64,000 bases of DNA. It comes from Eledone cirrhosa (Eukaryota). Under the pieces are notes generated by a model. The model made no database searches and had not been told where the DNA came from. It saw only the letters and a program-made list of their open reading frames with translations. Below, piece by piece: positions 14,018 to 28,098 of the stretch (the first letter of the stretch is position 1; each line of letters opens with the position of its first letter). The DNA is taken from NCBI GenBank assembly GCA_964016885.1, contig OZ024742.1:188542001-188606000 (forward strand). The letters are read 5' to 3'. The translations under genes and the position numbers were made by a program.

Positions 14018-14908
14018 TTTAGTGAGATAAAGAGACAAACAAGTATGCATTTGAGCATGGATAGATCTCACGTCATCTGTGACGACCACACGCCGTACCA
14101 CAGAATAACTCCTTACACCGGTTTAACCGTTCTTCAAGCACATTGATTTAACTCAATCATCCGGTCACTCAATCAATACTCACTCATTGACTTCACTACA
14201 TTAATTCCCGCCTACATCACCTCCTCCCCCTTCCGCTCCCCTCCTCTTCCTTCTCCTCCTACTTTTCAAATACTCCACACTTCCATCATCTCTGTAACGT
14301 CCAAACTACTGCTCAATCAATCATTTCTCCATTCATCTCTTGACAATTCAACCGAGTTGTCTCTGTTTTATATCTACGTCAACTTGTCTACTATCTATGT
14401 ATTTCGCTTTCCTTTTGCTCCACCCCCTTCACTTTCTCCCTTTCCTGTTCCTTTTCTTTCATATAATCACAATGTCAAATTTTCTTTATATTTTTATTGT
14501 TCCATATTCTCCCCCATTATCTCCCAGTTTCTTTCCGGTTTGCTTCTCCTCATTAACTTTCCTCCTTCAATTTCACTCTTTTTATTCTGCTTAAGCTTTC
14601 ATCTACTTATCTCTCTCAGGCCATTGTCTTTCTCAATCCCTCTCAACGTTACTTCTACACGTGTCTTTTATTCACACAGAGGCATACAAATGCGTATCTG
14701 CATTAATCATTTCTATGCAATACACGTTTTTGTTTATTCATTTACTACGCCTCATTGGGTCGATGTCAATCATAAATATATAGACACGGCATGAATCAAA
14801 ACACATATTCTCCCCCGCATTCATATATAAGTACATACATACACTTACACCTATGGACACACATAAAGTCACACATACAGATATATACGCACACACGTGC
14901 ATACATAC

Positions 14909-15009
<101 letters not shown>

Positions 15010-15010
15010 C

Positions 15011-15447
<437 letters not shown>

Positions 15448-16224
15448 TATATATATATATATATGGTGGCTGCCAACTCGTTTTCGAGTACGGCCACTAC
15501 TTTATATCCATGTAGGAGAACCCCTACCGATGCGCTGAACGAGTGTGACTTTTTAGTCCAGCCAGCGACTTGAAAACTCTGGTACAAACACTACACTTGT
15601 GACAATTATTGACACATAGTGCTTTACCTTTGGTACCATGTGACGACAAGTGCAGAGAGATCTCCAGATACAAAGCAATGCCTGTGCCGTGAAGCTTTTA
15701 TAGTGAGCAAAGGCACTGCACAAAGCCAGTCCCACTCTCTTAACCAAGATGATATTTACCAAAAAGAAGAACAAGTCAACATCATTGGATACCATCAGGG
15801 TTGCAGGTGTTATATCAGAGTTTTCCTTCTCCTAGAATTCTGCCTTGACAAAGGCTAAGGGGTCAGCTCTCCCAGTGATTTTGGATGGCCATATATATAT
15901 ATACATATATACATACATATATATATACATCGATATCCGACGTAAGAGTGTCCAACAAAAGTTAGCAGTCGCCATAGTGCAGGGCTCCAACTAAAGACTT
16001 CCCGTAGTAACCTCTACCTGTCCCCTTCACTGTCACCCTTTCACCTACCGACTCTCCCTGCAAAAGACTGGTGGAAATGTCAAGAAGTGAAGTGATGTTG
16101 AATTACCCACACAGAGTTTAGTTTTAAGTGGTGAAGACTTGTGTAGGACCAACCACACTTTTTTGAACTGACGACACATATCTTCGGTGCAAATGTTTGC
16201 CACGGAAAATACAATGACAGCCCT

Positions 16225-16293
16225 CAGCTTTTTATGCCGTAAAAAAATACTATTTGGATAGCCGTTGACTCTGCTGAGTTCCTCCACCCTTTT
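16225..16293 (-). repeat. Dispersed repeat shared with 13687-13733 and ~19110-19130 (possibly RTE-LINE 5'UTR-related)
   Basis: TACTATTTGGAT(A/G)GCCGTTGACTCTGCTGAGTTCCTCC(A/G)CCCTTT occurs twice; the family assignment is inference. Confidence 0.5.
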
Positions 16294-17484
16294 TATATAA
16301 TGTATTGGAGTGTAACGGTCAGTTACTGATCGTTCAGCAATTTGAGCACTCAATGCAGATATCTGAACCCGGCTACCGATGTGAGATTCAACGTGTGCCT
16401 CTTGACTAGATTCGGTATACCCAATAAACAGTGTGTGAATTATAAGAAGCGGGAACGTAGTGTCAATATAACATTAATATGCTGTTTTATTTCACGCGAC
16501 GCCAGTTTCGCCATCGATGAGCTCAATCGTACCTTGAGTTGATCGATTGCGAAACGCATGTCAATATATTCATTCTTCTTCTTGTTTGAAACCACCCCAT
16601 AACAATGATTTGTGGGACCTTTCAACGGCTTCGACAACTTAGCTCACTATAGAGCCGAGTATTGGTGACTCTAGTTTCCTCTCTTAAAAAATTATATATC
16701 TAGGCAACGTATCTGCAACTCCAATAGATTTGATTTTGTATTATTCACATTTGTGTGCTGCAGGAAATATTCATTATATATCGTAGATGGCACAACTGGC
16801 AGATCATAAGCTATGAAATGAGTCAACCTGAGAGTTCGTAAGTCTCAGCAAATTACGCTAGATATGATAGTACTACCACTCTTTACAGTTTCCTTTTTGT
16901 TGGCAGTTGTATGTCATGTTATTTCCATAGACAGTGCTTGATCTTTCTGAAACCGACGTTATAGCACACTAGATAAGGTGAATCATTTACGCATCAAGGA
17001 AGTGTTACCAGAAATTGTACTGCCTAAAAAACTGAAATTCTTCATTACATTCAGAATTTGCATCGCGATCAGGATCGTCAGAGGCTTATATTATAGCATT
17101 CCAGGATATCAGTTGGTGAAAGACTTCTTTCACGAACTGGAACCTGGAATCTTACCTTGATTCTGAGGCGAAAATCATATACAACATATACAAAATGATG
17201 TGTAATCAAAATTTTATATATACTTATATATATATATACTTATATATATATATATACTTATACATATTATATATATATTAGAAAGTGAGGTTTTTTTTAC
17301 AAAATGAAAAATAACCGAGGTGTCCTACACGAGTGAAAGTATAAAGAAAAAAAATGAAATCGAAAATGCAACTGGAGTCTTATTTTTTTTTTAAATATAT
17401 ATATTTATTTGGTTCCTTTACCGGTTTCGCAGTTCTGCTTTTCAAAAGTAGAGTTGAGATGGAGGGTCTGTGGTTTTTCTCACA

Positions 17485-18210
<726 letters not shown>

Positions 18211-18211
<1 letters not shown>

Positions 18212-18795
18212 GGGATATTGTTACCATTGTTACCATCGCTTTCCTCTAGCCATGGGGTTTGGAGACAGGAACCGAATGCTACCATTCTATTTCATATCAA
18301 TGTGAACTGCTATTTCTAATACCAATCTTTTCACCCCTTGATACTTTGTGTGTGAGACACGTTGGCTGAGAGCTTCTGACAGGAACTAATAGATTGATTC
18401 TTTTTAGATTCCCGTCCCTACGTAAAATTTGTAAATAAGTGGCTAGTTGAGTGATAGAGTCCTATCGGTTGCCAGATAATCGCTTTACCACGGGCCGGTG
18501 TTTGGATTATGTCGATCAATTGGTTATTGATTAGGCGATACCCGCTGATGAAGCCGCATAAGCCGATTGTGCATTGTTGCATACTATTTGCAGACAGATG
18601 GTGCAGTGCACCTTACTGCTGCATTAGTGCGGCAGAAACTCGAGTCCGGGTACATTATAGGCACCCGTTTTACGTGTGTTGTGTTGAGGCAAATAACTAT
18701 GTGTATACTCTGGTAATGTATCTTACATTGCGCATTGAGTGCGCTGAGATACAAACGGTACTGGCATTGATAAATATGGTGGGTCCGTCAACCCT

Positions 18796-18800
<5 letters not shown>
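18211..18800 (+). mobile_element. TA-flanked HHR-bearing insert (3' end shared with 22863-23001)
   Basis: Bounded by (TA)n on both sides; 18662-18800 is the reverse complement of 22863-23001. Confidence 0.75.
18539..18652 (+). ncRNA. Hammerhead ribozyme with ~83-nt expanded stem II
   Basis: TACCCG-CTGATGA-AGCCGCATAA...TTAGTGCGGCA-GAAA-CTCGAG-TC-CGGGTA. Perfect 6-bp stem I, palindromic stem III, GUC site. Confidence 0.8.
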
Positions 18801-18863
<63 letters not shown>

Positions 18864-18866
18864 TAT

Positions 18867-18926
<60 letters not shown>

Positions 18927-19499
18927 GTGTGTATGTGTGTGTGTGTGTGCGTGTGTCAACTCAATCTTTAGCGTTACTGGTAACATATAACCCATTACAA
19001 CATGTACATGGTCGGGTCATTAGTGAGTAAACGAGCATGGCTATCCTACCAGCCATGCTTCGTGAGGAGAGTAATTTGGGCTACACTGCGGGATGAAAAA
19101 CAGAATCCGTCAAAGGAGGGAGGAACTCAAGGGGTGCTTTTTTATTAATTTAATTTATTATATATTGTTTTGTGAACGAGAGACTCCTATCCTTCATTCA
19201 GACATCTCTCTAGGAGAAGGTCACTCTGATACAAACCCTGAGACTCCGTTTGCATCCAATGATGTATGCTAGTTCGTCTTTTAGGGCAAATGCATTCGAT
19301 GTTCAGAGAGTGGGATTGACCTCGTGCAAAGAATTTCCTCACTTAAAAAAGCTTCAAGCACAGGCATCGCTTAATATGTTTTTGCAATGAATAGCATTGC
19401 TGATAATAGCCAATTCCCTAGCAGGACTGAAAAGCCACGTCCGTTATGCTCATGCTTAAGTATGAAGCGATGACATCACTCGAAATCAAGCCGCACCAT

Positions 19500-19566
<67 letters not shown>

Positions 19567-19833
19567 CAAATATAAATTAGCGAGAATCGTATTTCGACTA
19601 TTGGAAATTAGCGAAAAACAACTTCCGAGATGTGTGGCAAGCGCTCAATAGAAGCTAGTGAACTAGCGCTACAACATAAGTTAAAAGGCCAAACACACTG
19701 AGACGATGGGTAAACCATTATCCGCACAGCCATAGAAACGACCAAGTAATTCGGGTCAAACAAATAAAATATGATTGAAAAATAAAATGATAAGAAACGA
19801 TAGGAGCTGTCTGGTTACTAAAAACAAGGTTTA

Positions 19834-19900
<67 letters not shown>

Positions 19901-19904
<4 letters not shown>

Positions 19905-20790
19905 AATAACTGAATTGAACTTAATTAGCTAGTTACCTCCCCTTACGCATTAGCTCCTCTTATTCACTTCCGGAAATTAACGATTGAAAATTTAACGGTT
20001 GATCAAATATAGTCTATGAATATGAATTCATTAAGACTAATTTACAATCCATTGCTCTAACTTAAAACACTCAGTATAAACATTAACTAAAATTTAATTC
20101 AACATATGTCATGGAAAAGTCTGCAAAATGTGTATGTTTCTCAACACACATTAATTCGAACACCATCAACATTCAACACCCACCATAAACTCTAATACAT
20201 TAACATATTTGCTTCAACTGCAGTATTTATTCATCTATATATGCATAATAGCTTTGCTTGTCTCCTTCTCATGTATATGACTTACGCAGTCACACTATTC
20301 ACACGCCAGCATATGAATTGTTATCGCACTCTTCCTTTCTCAAAACTGCTTCCTCAATGCCTCTTTAATATTTGGACTATTCCCTTGTTTTAACTGTTGG
20401 ATGTATTCCACTCTGTGCTTTTGATTTTAATTTGAATTTGAATTTGAATTTGAACTTGAATACAATTCTCGTAAAATATGTCACATCCATTGCACCCTGT
20501 AAATACGAAACTGTTGCTCACAACATCAATTTATATGTATCTATATTATTGTTCAGTTGAAGAGGAGATTAATTATATGTGCAAACATTGATAATGTTCC
20601 GATGATCCCAAACGAGAGTTTGGAAGAAACGATTGTCAGCTATTAAATGATTTGAACACAACTTTGATAATTGTATAATTTATTTATTTAACTGCTCTGT
20701 AAAACAACTGATGTTCATACATTGAGCTATTTCTCTTACTGGTAATAAGGTAATTAAGAAATTACTGATCTTCCTGTTTATAGTTGTTTA
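19901..20790 (+). mobile_element. PLE-like 3'UTR/pLTR remnant, same family as 55671-56030
   Basis: Shares TAACTGCTCTGTAAAACAACTGATGTT..ACATTGAGCTATTT..CTTACTGGTAATAAGGTA with 55943-56007. Left boundary uncertain. Confidence 0.6.
20586..20649 (+). ncRNA. Hammerhead motif, core mutated (CCGATGA)
   Basis: CCGATGA-TCCCAAAC-GAGA-GTTTGGAA-GAAA-CGATTG-TC-AGC. Confidence 0.65.
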
Positions 20791-20805
20791 TACTATATAC
20801 ATAAC

Positions 20806-20811
<6 letters not shown>

Positions 20812-20847
<36 letters not shown>

Positions 20848-21212
20848 CTCTATCTAAGGCGAGTAAAATTCCCGAGATCCATGGACGAGTTTTCTCCAGC
20901 GGTCTATGTCCCTCATTATCGTTGTCATGTCCTGCGTCTCCAACAGACCAGTGTCTGTCCTTAGGGCATCAACATACGCTAACCTTCGTCTTCCTCTTCT
21001 AGTGTGTCCATGTAGGGGCTCCCAAAGGAGCACTGAGTGCAATGTCAACTCTGGATGTCGGTGAGCATGTCCAGCTAACCTCAGTCTCCTCTGTGTCACT
21101 TTTGAGCTGACTTTTGGGAGGCTCCCATACAGCTCTGAGTTTTTCATCCTCAGTGTATACTGATTAATGTTCAGAGCCATCCTCAGCATTCTCGTGTAGC
21201 ACCCATCCACCA

Positions 21213-21213
<1 letters not shown>
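20812..21213 (-). mobile_element. RTE-clade LINE 3' end (ORF2 C-terminus) with (TAA)n tail
   Basis: [14 protein letters not shown]...RRLRLAGHAHRHPE..SVLLWEPLHG..RRGRRRLAYVDAL..DRWRKLV is typical of the RTE C-terminus; (TAA)n at 20812-20840. Confidence 0.88.
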
Positions 21214-21306
<93 letters not shown>

Positions 21307-21588
21307 TATAGATTCCATACGCAAGTGGTATTCCCTGTAACTTGATAAACACACACTCTCTCTCTAGTGTATTTTCCTCTCCATATTATATTTGAAGAGC
21401 CCAAGATTATTTTTCCTTTAAACTCATGAAATACAGGGACTAACGCTATTTTCTGACTTCGTTAATTCATTTTGATATATTTATACAGTATATATATATA
21501 CGCATACATACACACACGGGCACTCACACTTATTCACACGCGTATACATAAAGAAAACAAGAGAGAGAGAGAGAAAGAGAGAGTGAGC

Positions 21589-21625
<37 letters not shown>

Positions 21626-22487
21626 GGGGGGGGAGAGAACAATATAGAATCGATGTTACTGTTTATGTAAGGATTTTCTTGAAATAAAAGCCAGGTAAGC
21701 AATATAAAAGTTAAGTATTTATTTATTCACGGTAAGCAGTAGAGCGACAAATAACTCTTTCTTTGTCCATTCCATATCAGAAATAAGCAATAATAGAATT
21801 GTTACAATATCGATCACCATCCATCTACATCACCAACACCACCACATCACACCACCACGGCAAATCTAAGAATATCTAGTACTTACATTTAACTCAACTC
21901 AGCTTGATTGGTAACTTGTAGGTGTTCTTATTGTTACAGACACTGTTGTCATTGTTATTGATGTTGTGGTGGAAGGTTTTCCGGTTGGTGTTGGTGTGGT
22001 GAAGGTTGTAATTGCTGCCATTGTTGTGTTTGTGGTGGTTAATGTTCATCATATTGTCGTTGTGGTTTATGAATTTGTTGTTATTGTTTTCATGGACACC
22101 TGCAACAGTGTGGACGGCGTGAAAGCTAGTCAAGGGTCTGATAGTGATGTTAAATCAAGTAATGGCCTGGATCTATCAGACAAGTAGACGATCCCAGCAG
22201 AAATAGACCACAGATGCCACAAAATATCGTCGCTCTACCAGTTCCGCCAATCTATTACGACGTTAATACATCGAATCCCCACCCCGAAAGGTTTAAAGGT
22301 AAGATCGCCATCTGCATTAATTGAAATCAATTATATTTTGTCCAAGGCTCTAAAAATTGTTCCAAATTGCCATCAAGTGTGTGTTGGACGGGGGGGGGGG
22401 GGGGATTGGGTGCTTTTCATGAATCAATAAAGCAGAGCAATTATATATAACCAGCAGTTATGAATATATATATATATATATAAATAA

Positions 22488-22562
<75 letters not shown>

Positions 22563-22736
22563 GAAGTTCTATTTAAATTGTTGGGATACAACTAGCAAAT
22601 ATTTTTATAACAGATATAAAGCACTCAACAAATAATTGGAATAAAAATACGATATTATTATCCGGGAGCTTCCAACAGTAATGGTTGCATTCTTTAAGGG
22701 TATGTCAATATTTATTCATAAAACTGCTCTATATTA

Positions 22737-22801
22737 TATTTCATCTGATGAAAGCACATCATAATTTAACTTGGTGTCCTTGAAATATGTATAATGAAAT
22801 A
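22737..22801 (+). ncRNA. Minimal hammerhead ribozyme in TA-flanked insert 22560-22850
   Basis: TATTTCAT-CTGATGA-AAGCACATCA..TGGTGTCCTT-GAAA-TATGTA-TA-ATGAAATA, with a perfect 8-bp stem I. Confidence 0.8.
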
Positions 22802-22862
22802 AATATGGTTTTATAAATATAGTTGCCATTTGTTAATATAGTATTATATATATATACATATA

Positions 22863-23001
22863 TAATAAGGGTTGACGGACCCAGCATATTTATCAATGCC
22901 AGTACCGGTTGCATCTCAGCGCACTCAATGGGCAATGCAAGATACATTACCAGAATATACACATAGTTATTTGCCTCAACACAACATACGTAAAACGGGT
23001 G
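22863..23001 (-). mobile_element. Terminal fragment of the 18211-18800 family
   Basis: Reverse-complement match to 18662-18800, truncated just 3' of the HHR. Confidence 0.8.
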
Positions 23002-23229
23002 TTTGTGTGTCTGTGTGTGTGGGGGGGTCTCTATGTATAATATTTATATGTGTAGATATGTACATAGAAATATTCTTCTCTCCATTGCCCACATGTTCCT
23101 GAGAGGGTCATGGGGGCTGAGTCCTTAAAAACTCCTGCCAGCGGCTCCTGTCAGATCCGGCTGGATCCGGAATCATGACCAGCGAAGCTCTTGATGTTAT
23201 CAAACCATATTACATGGGGTATACCAAGA

Positions 23230-23276
<47 letters not shown>

Positions 23277-23397
23277 GGAGGTGAGTTTTATTGTAGTACA
23301 ATAAAGCAATGCAGATATCGGATAAGTAGCACTCTACAGTTTGTAGGACTGGAGTATAGATAATTTAAGATCAAAAGATGGTTAAAAGAGTTCCCTA

Positions 23398-23470
23398 TAT
23401 TTTATATTATGCGCATTTCAAAAACAAATATCATCATGCAATGACATTTGCATTTTCGTCAGATAAAATA
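23398..23470 (-). ncRNA. Minimal hammerhead ribozyme (P1)
   Basis: Minus TATTTTAT-CTGACGA-AAATGCAAATGTCAT..ATGATATTTGTTTTT-GAAA-TGCGCA-TA-ATATAAAATA. Confidence 0.75.
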
Positions 23471-25337
23471 AAGAGACATGATATGAAGGTTAAAAAAACA
23501 CTTGTGAATAGTGCAGTTTTAAATCAACATATGAAAAGTAGTTTAAGATTGATGTGTGATATTGGGGTATAAATGAGGGGTTTGGAAAGGATGAAAAAGA
23601 GGAGGAGATGAGAGTAAAGAATGGAGGGGGAGGAGTATAATAAGGAAGGATGAGATAGGAGGAGAGATGTGTGATAGAGAGAGAGAGATAGCTTTTATAC
23701 CTGAGAAAAATATATTGTTTTACAGAGAGAGCTTAAAAAACCGTTGGAAGATAATATATAAATTAAAAGAATTTGAAAATTAACGAAGAGAAATATTAAG
23801 AATAATGTTAAATTAAGGTTTGTATATTGAAGGGTTTAATAATATGTACGATGAAAAGAAATTGTTAATATGTATTAAGAATAATATTAAATTAAAGTTT
23901 GAATATTGAAGGGTTTAATAATATATGCGATGGAAAGAAATTGTTGATAAGTATTATTAAAATAAAAATAGTAATGTTATTAAGGATATAATGTGAAAAG
24001 AAGTAGAAGAGTGGATGAATTATGAATTTAGAGGAATTAGTTAGTGTTTAAGTTTGTTTTTATGTAATGTAATATGTATGTGTAATATATGTAAATAGTT
24101 TGTTTACAAATGAGCGCAGAAAGCAAAGACGGAGATAGTGTTTAAGGAGAAGACCTTAACATCAAAATATGTATGTTTATGAAGTATTTCCTAATGGTAA
24201 TAATATAATGTAATAAAGGAGATTAGTTAGGTTTTAAGTTTGTTTTTATATGTTGTGATGTGTAATATGTAAAAGTTAGACGAGCATGAAAGGGAGAAAA
24301 ATAATGAATTGAGGATGAATAATCTAACGTCAAAAAAAATGTTTATGTTTACGAAGGATTTTTAAAGGTGATACTATAATGTATTTAAAAGGGTAATAGT
24401 ACCTTTTAAATACTTTATAGTATCACCTTTAAAAATCCTTCGTAAACATAAACATTTTTTTTTTTGACGTTAGATTATTCATCCTCAATTCATTATATAT
24501 TTTTCTCCCTTTCATACTCGTCTAACTTTTACATATTACACATCACAACACATAAAAACAAACTTAAAACCTAACTAATCTCCTTTATTACTTTATATTA
24601 TTACCATTAGGAAATACTTCATAAACATACATATTTTGATGTTAAGGTCTTCTCTTTAAACACTATCACCTTCTTTGCTTTCTGCTCTCATTTGTAAACA
24701 AACTATTTACATATATTACACATACATATTACATTACATAAAAACAAACTTAAACACTAACTAATTCCTCTAAATTCATAATTCATCCATCTCTTCTACT
24801 TTTTTTCACATTATATCCTTAATAACATTACTATTTTTATTTTAATAATACATATCAACAATTTCTTTCCATCGCACATATTATTAAACCCTTCAATATT
24901 CAAACCTTAATTTAATATTATTCTTAATACATATTAACAATTTCTTTTCATCGCACATATTATTAAACCCTTCAATATACAAACCTTAATTTAACATTAT
25001 TCTTAATTTTTCTCTTCGTTAATTTTCAAATTCTTTTAATTTATATATTATCTTCCAACGGTTTTTTAACCTCTCTCTGTAAAACAATATATTTTTCTCA
25101 GTTATAAAAGCTATCTCTCTCTGTCTCTATCACCCATCTCTCCTCCTATCACATCCTTCCTTATTATACTACTCCCTCTCCATTCTTTACTCTCATCTCC
25201 TCCTCTTTTCATCCCCCCCCCCCACACACACCTCATTTTTTTCCCAATATCACACATCAATCTTAAACTACTTTTCATATGTTGATTTAAAACTGCACTA
25301 TTCACAAGTGTTTTTTAACCTTCATATCATGTCCCCC

Positions 25338-25408
25338 TATTTTATCTGACGAAAACGCAAATGTCATCGCATGATGATATTTGTTTTTGAAATGCGCATA
25401 ATAAAATA
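25338..25408 (+). ncRNA. Minimal hammerhead ribozyme (P1)
   Basis: TATTTTAT-CTGACGA-AAACGCAAATGTCATC..GATGATATTTGTTTTT-GAAA-TGCGCA-TA-ATAAAATA. Confidence 0.82.
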
Positions 25409-25471
25409 CAGGGAACTCTTTTAACCATCTTTTGATCTTATATATATATATATATATGAATATATATATAT

Positions 25472-25659
25472 ATAGAAAAAAGTTTAACCCCGACGGCAGA
25501 GCTCAAGTTGTTTTGACGGCTATTTCCAGCAATAGCCGTCGAAACGGCTTGTAGTCTGCCGTCGGGGTTAAACGTTTTCCTATTAGCCACTCTACTACCC
25601 TAAATATTGAGTATTCTGGTGCGTTATGTTCCATCTGGTTCCTTACCATACCTCCTTCG

Positions 25660-25660
<1 letters not shown>
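25472..25660 (+). mobile_element. Family A palindromic insert
   Basis: Inverted repeat around GACGGCTATT-TCCAGC-AATAGCCGTC-GAAA; same tail as 6497-6574. Confidence 0.85.
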
Positions 25661-25695
<35 letters not shown>

Positions 25696-26194
25696 ATGTA
25701 TGTATGTGTGTGTTTGCGTGGGTAGGTATGTGTGATCTGTACGAATCAATAATCCAAGTCGATTACCATCACCCAAATCAGTAACACCACCGTTTCCATC
25801 ACCACAACCAAAGAACGCTATATAGCCTCAATGACACCCACGAAGATATAGCCGTTTAACCACTACTTCCACCCCCACAAAGTGACCAACGTCACCACCA
25901 CCGTGAACATCACCATCAATAATACGTACACCTATGTTTGCTGGACATACAGTCCTGTACACTATGACAACAGATTTACTTCCGCCGACTAAGTTTGACA
26001 TTTGCACTAATGTACATATTAAACATTTCATGTAACCAAATCGATATACATAAACGGGCACACACAAGCCTTCTCAAGCAGACACAGATACACACACATA
26101 TGCACACACACACACTCACACACACATACATATATATATATATGTGTGTTTGTATTTGTGTGTGTGTATATATATATACGTATGGATGTATAAT

Positions 26195-26232
<38 letters not shown>

Positions 26233-26275
26233 TATACATAATTATACATCCATACGTATATATATATATATACAC

Positions 26276-26321
<46 letters not shown>

Positions 26322-26322
26322 G

Positions 26323-26381
<59 letters not shown>

Positions 26382-26403
26382 GTATGTATATATATATATA
26401 TAT

Positions 26404-26730
26404 TAAATGTAATCTCAGTTTTTCGAATATTAATAATAATATTCGATTCGTTTGCAATTATGCAAACAAGCGTCAATTTTATAGCCATGTCAGTAAAATG
26501 AACCCTTCATTCTTGCTCTTGTGTTGGCATGTGAACAGAACTGCAGACACTAATGTTTCTGGATTCACATGCCAACACAAGAGCAAGAATGAGGGGTTCA
26601 TTCTACTGACATGGCTATAAAATTTAGGCTTCTTTGCATAATTGCAAACGAATCGAATATTATCATTAATATTCGAAAAAGTCACATTACATTTATTGTA
26701 TTAAGCCATGTAGAGCGAAATTTTCTTTCT
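26404..26730 (+). mobile_element. TA-flanked palindromic insert, ~137-bp arms
   Basis: Arms 26404-26540/26557-26695. Contains hairpin GAATATTA-TCAT-TAATATTC-GAAA but no CUGA box. Confidence 0.8.
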
Positions 26731-26742
26731 ATATATATATAA

Positions 26743-26804
<62 letters not shown>

Positions 26805-26862
26805 GTATGTATATATATATATATATAAGAAGATATTAAAAGATGGTTAAAAAAGTTCCATG

Positions 26863-26933
26863 TTATTTATTAAGCGCATTTCAAAAACAAATATCATCTA
26901 GGAACGATATCTGCGTTCTCATCAGATAAAATA
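26863..26933 (-). ncRNA. Hammerhead motif (P1, inverted arm, mutated stem III)
   Basis: Minus TATTTTAT-CTGATGA-GAACGCAGATATCGT..ATGATATTTGTTTTT-GAAA-TGCGCT-TA-ATAAATA. Confidence 0.7.
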
Positions 26934-27214
26934 GGGAGACATGATATGAAGCTTAAAAAAGACAGCTGTGAGCAAGGTAGTGTCTAATCAACATATGATA
27001 AATAAATTTAAAAGGATATAGGAGATTGGAAAAAAGGAAAGGAAGGGGAGAAAAGTAAGGAAGAGGAAGAAAGGAAAAAGAAAAAAGAAGGAAAGGATAA
27101 CGGAGGATGATTATAAGAAGGAGGAAGGAGAGAGAAAGAGAGAATTAAATACAATAATGAAACCAATCATGGCAGAACCTATAGTAACATAGCTAGTTTT
27201 AAGCATTCCAATAG

Positions 27215-28098
27215 CATAAAGAGAAGACCTAGATATAAAAATATTATTTGGTCCAACGCTCCTTTTTCTCTTTCTAGTAATATTCCTAAACTATTTTTAG
27301 GGCGCTAGCTAATTGCTTCCCTCCTTCACATATTTATATTAAGATCTTTAATAAGCATACAATTAAATTCTCTTATTCCACCACTTCCAACATCTCTAAT
27401 ATTATCTCTAAACATAATACTAAAATATTAAATAGTAAATCATATCCATCCAACCCTGAGCGTCATAGTAATAACAACATTAGGCCCGACGTCAATGTAA
27501 ACTCTAGACAAGACTCCTTAAATACAAATACGACGTCAAACGTAATTTCGTTGAATGCTACTAATACTAATCTAAATAAGGAAACATTAGCACCTCTTCT
27601 AGGTAATTTCTCCAATACAATTCTTTCTATAAATAACTCTGGGCAAATAGCTCTGTTAATCGTAAATGCAATTGCCTTAATATAACTAAATGTCCTCTTA
27701 ATAATCACTGTCTCGATAAGAATTTAGTATACGAATGTAAGGTGATAACTAGCACCAATTCTTACACCTACTTCGGCTCTACTTCTACTTCGTTTAAGGC
27801 GAGATTATATAACCATTCTTCATCTTTTAAATACCCACTTAAAAGAACAAACACTGCTCTCTCAGAACTCATCTGGTCCTTAAAAGACAAAAACATTAAT
27901 TACAAAATTTCTTGGAGAAAAATTTGCAACGCTTCTCCTTATTTTAATGCTTCCCTATCCAGAACTTGTAATTTATGCCTAGCGGAAACATTTACCATTA
28001 TCTCTAATTTTAATTCTATAATAAATAGACGCACATATTTATTTTCGCTTTGCATCCGTAAATCGCTTAGGTCATTTCACTGTGTATACAGCCAATAG
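27215..28098 (+). pseudogene. PLE ORF C-terminal part: thumb/linker, Cys-rich region and GIY-YIG endonuclease (frameshifted)
   Basis: KNIIWSNAPFS..CFPPSHIYIKIFNKHTIKFSYS..KCNCLNITKCPLNNHCLDKNLVYECKV..TYFGSTSTSFKARLYNHSSSF..TALSELIWSLK..CNLCLAE..INRR. Confidence 0.88.

Larger units (their letters stand above)
23274..25440. mobile_element. P1-family PLE head-to-head dimer: ~2.07-kb palindrome
   Basis: Arms ~23366-24395 and ~24400-25440, centre AAAAGGGTAATAGTACCTTTT. Extra terminal tail 23274-23365; TA on both sides. Confidence 0.92.

Noticed and set aside
17414-17470. Minus-strand hairpin + GAAA-CCGG-TA (HHR 3' half)
   Set aside because: No CUGANGA box or clear stem I; plausible remnant but unsupported.
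21887-22099. Minus-strand segment bounded by CAG acceptor and GTAAGT donor (N/H-rich ORF)
   Set aside because: All three frames contain stops before the donor; looks like a decayed triplet repeat.
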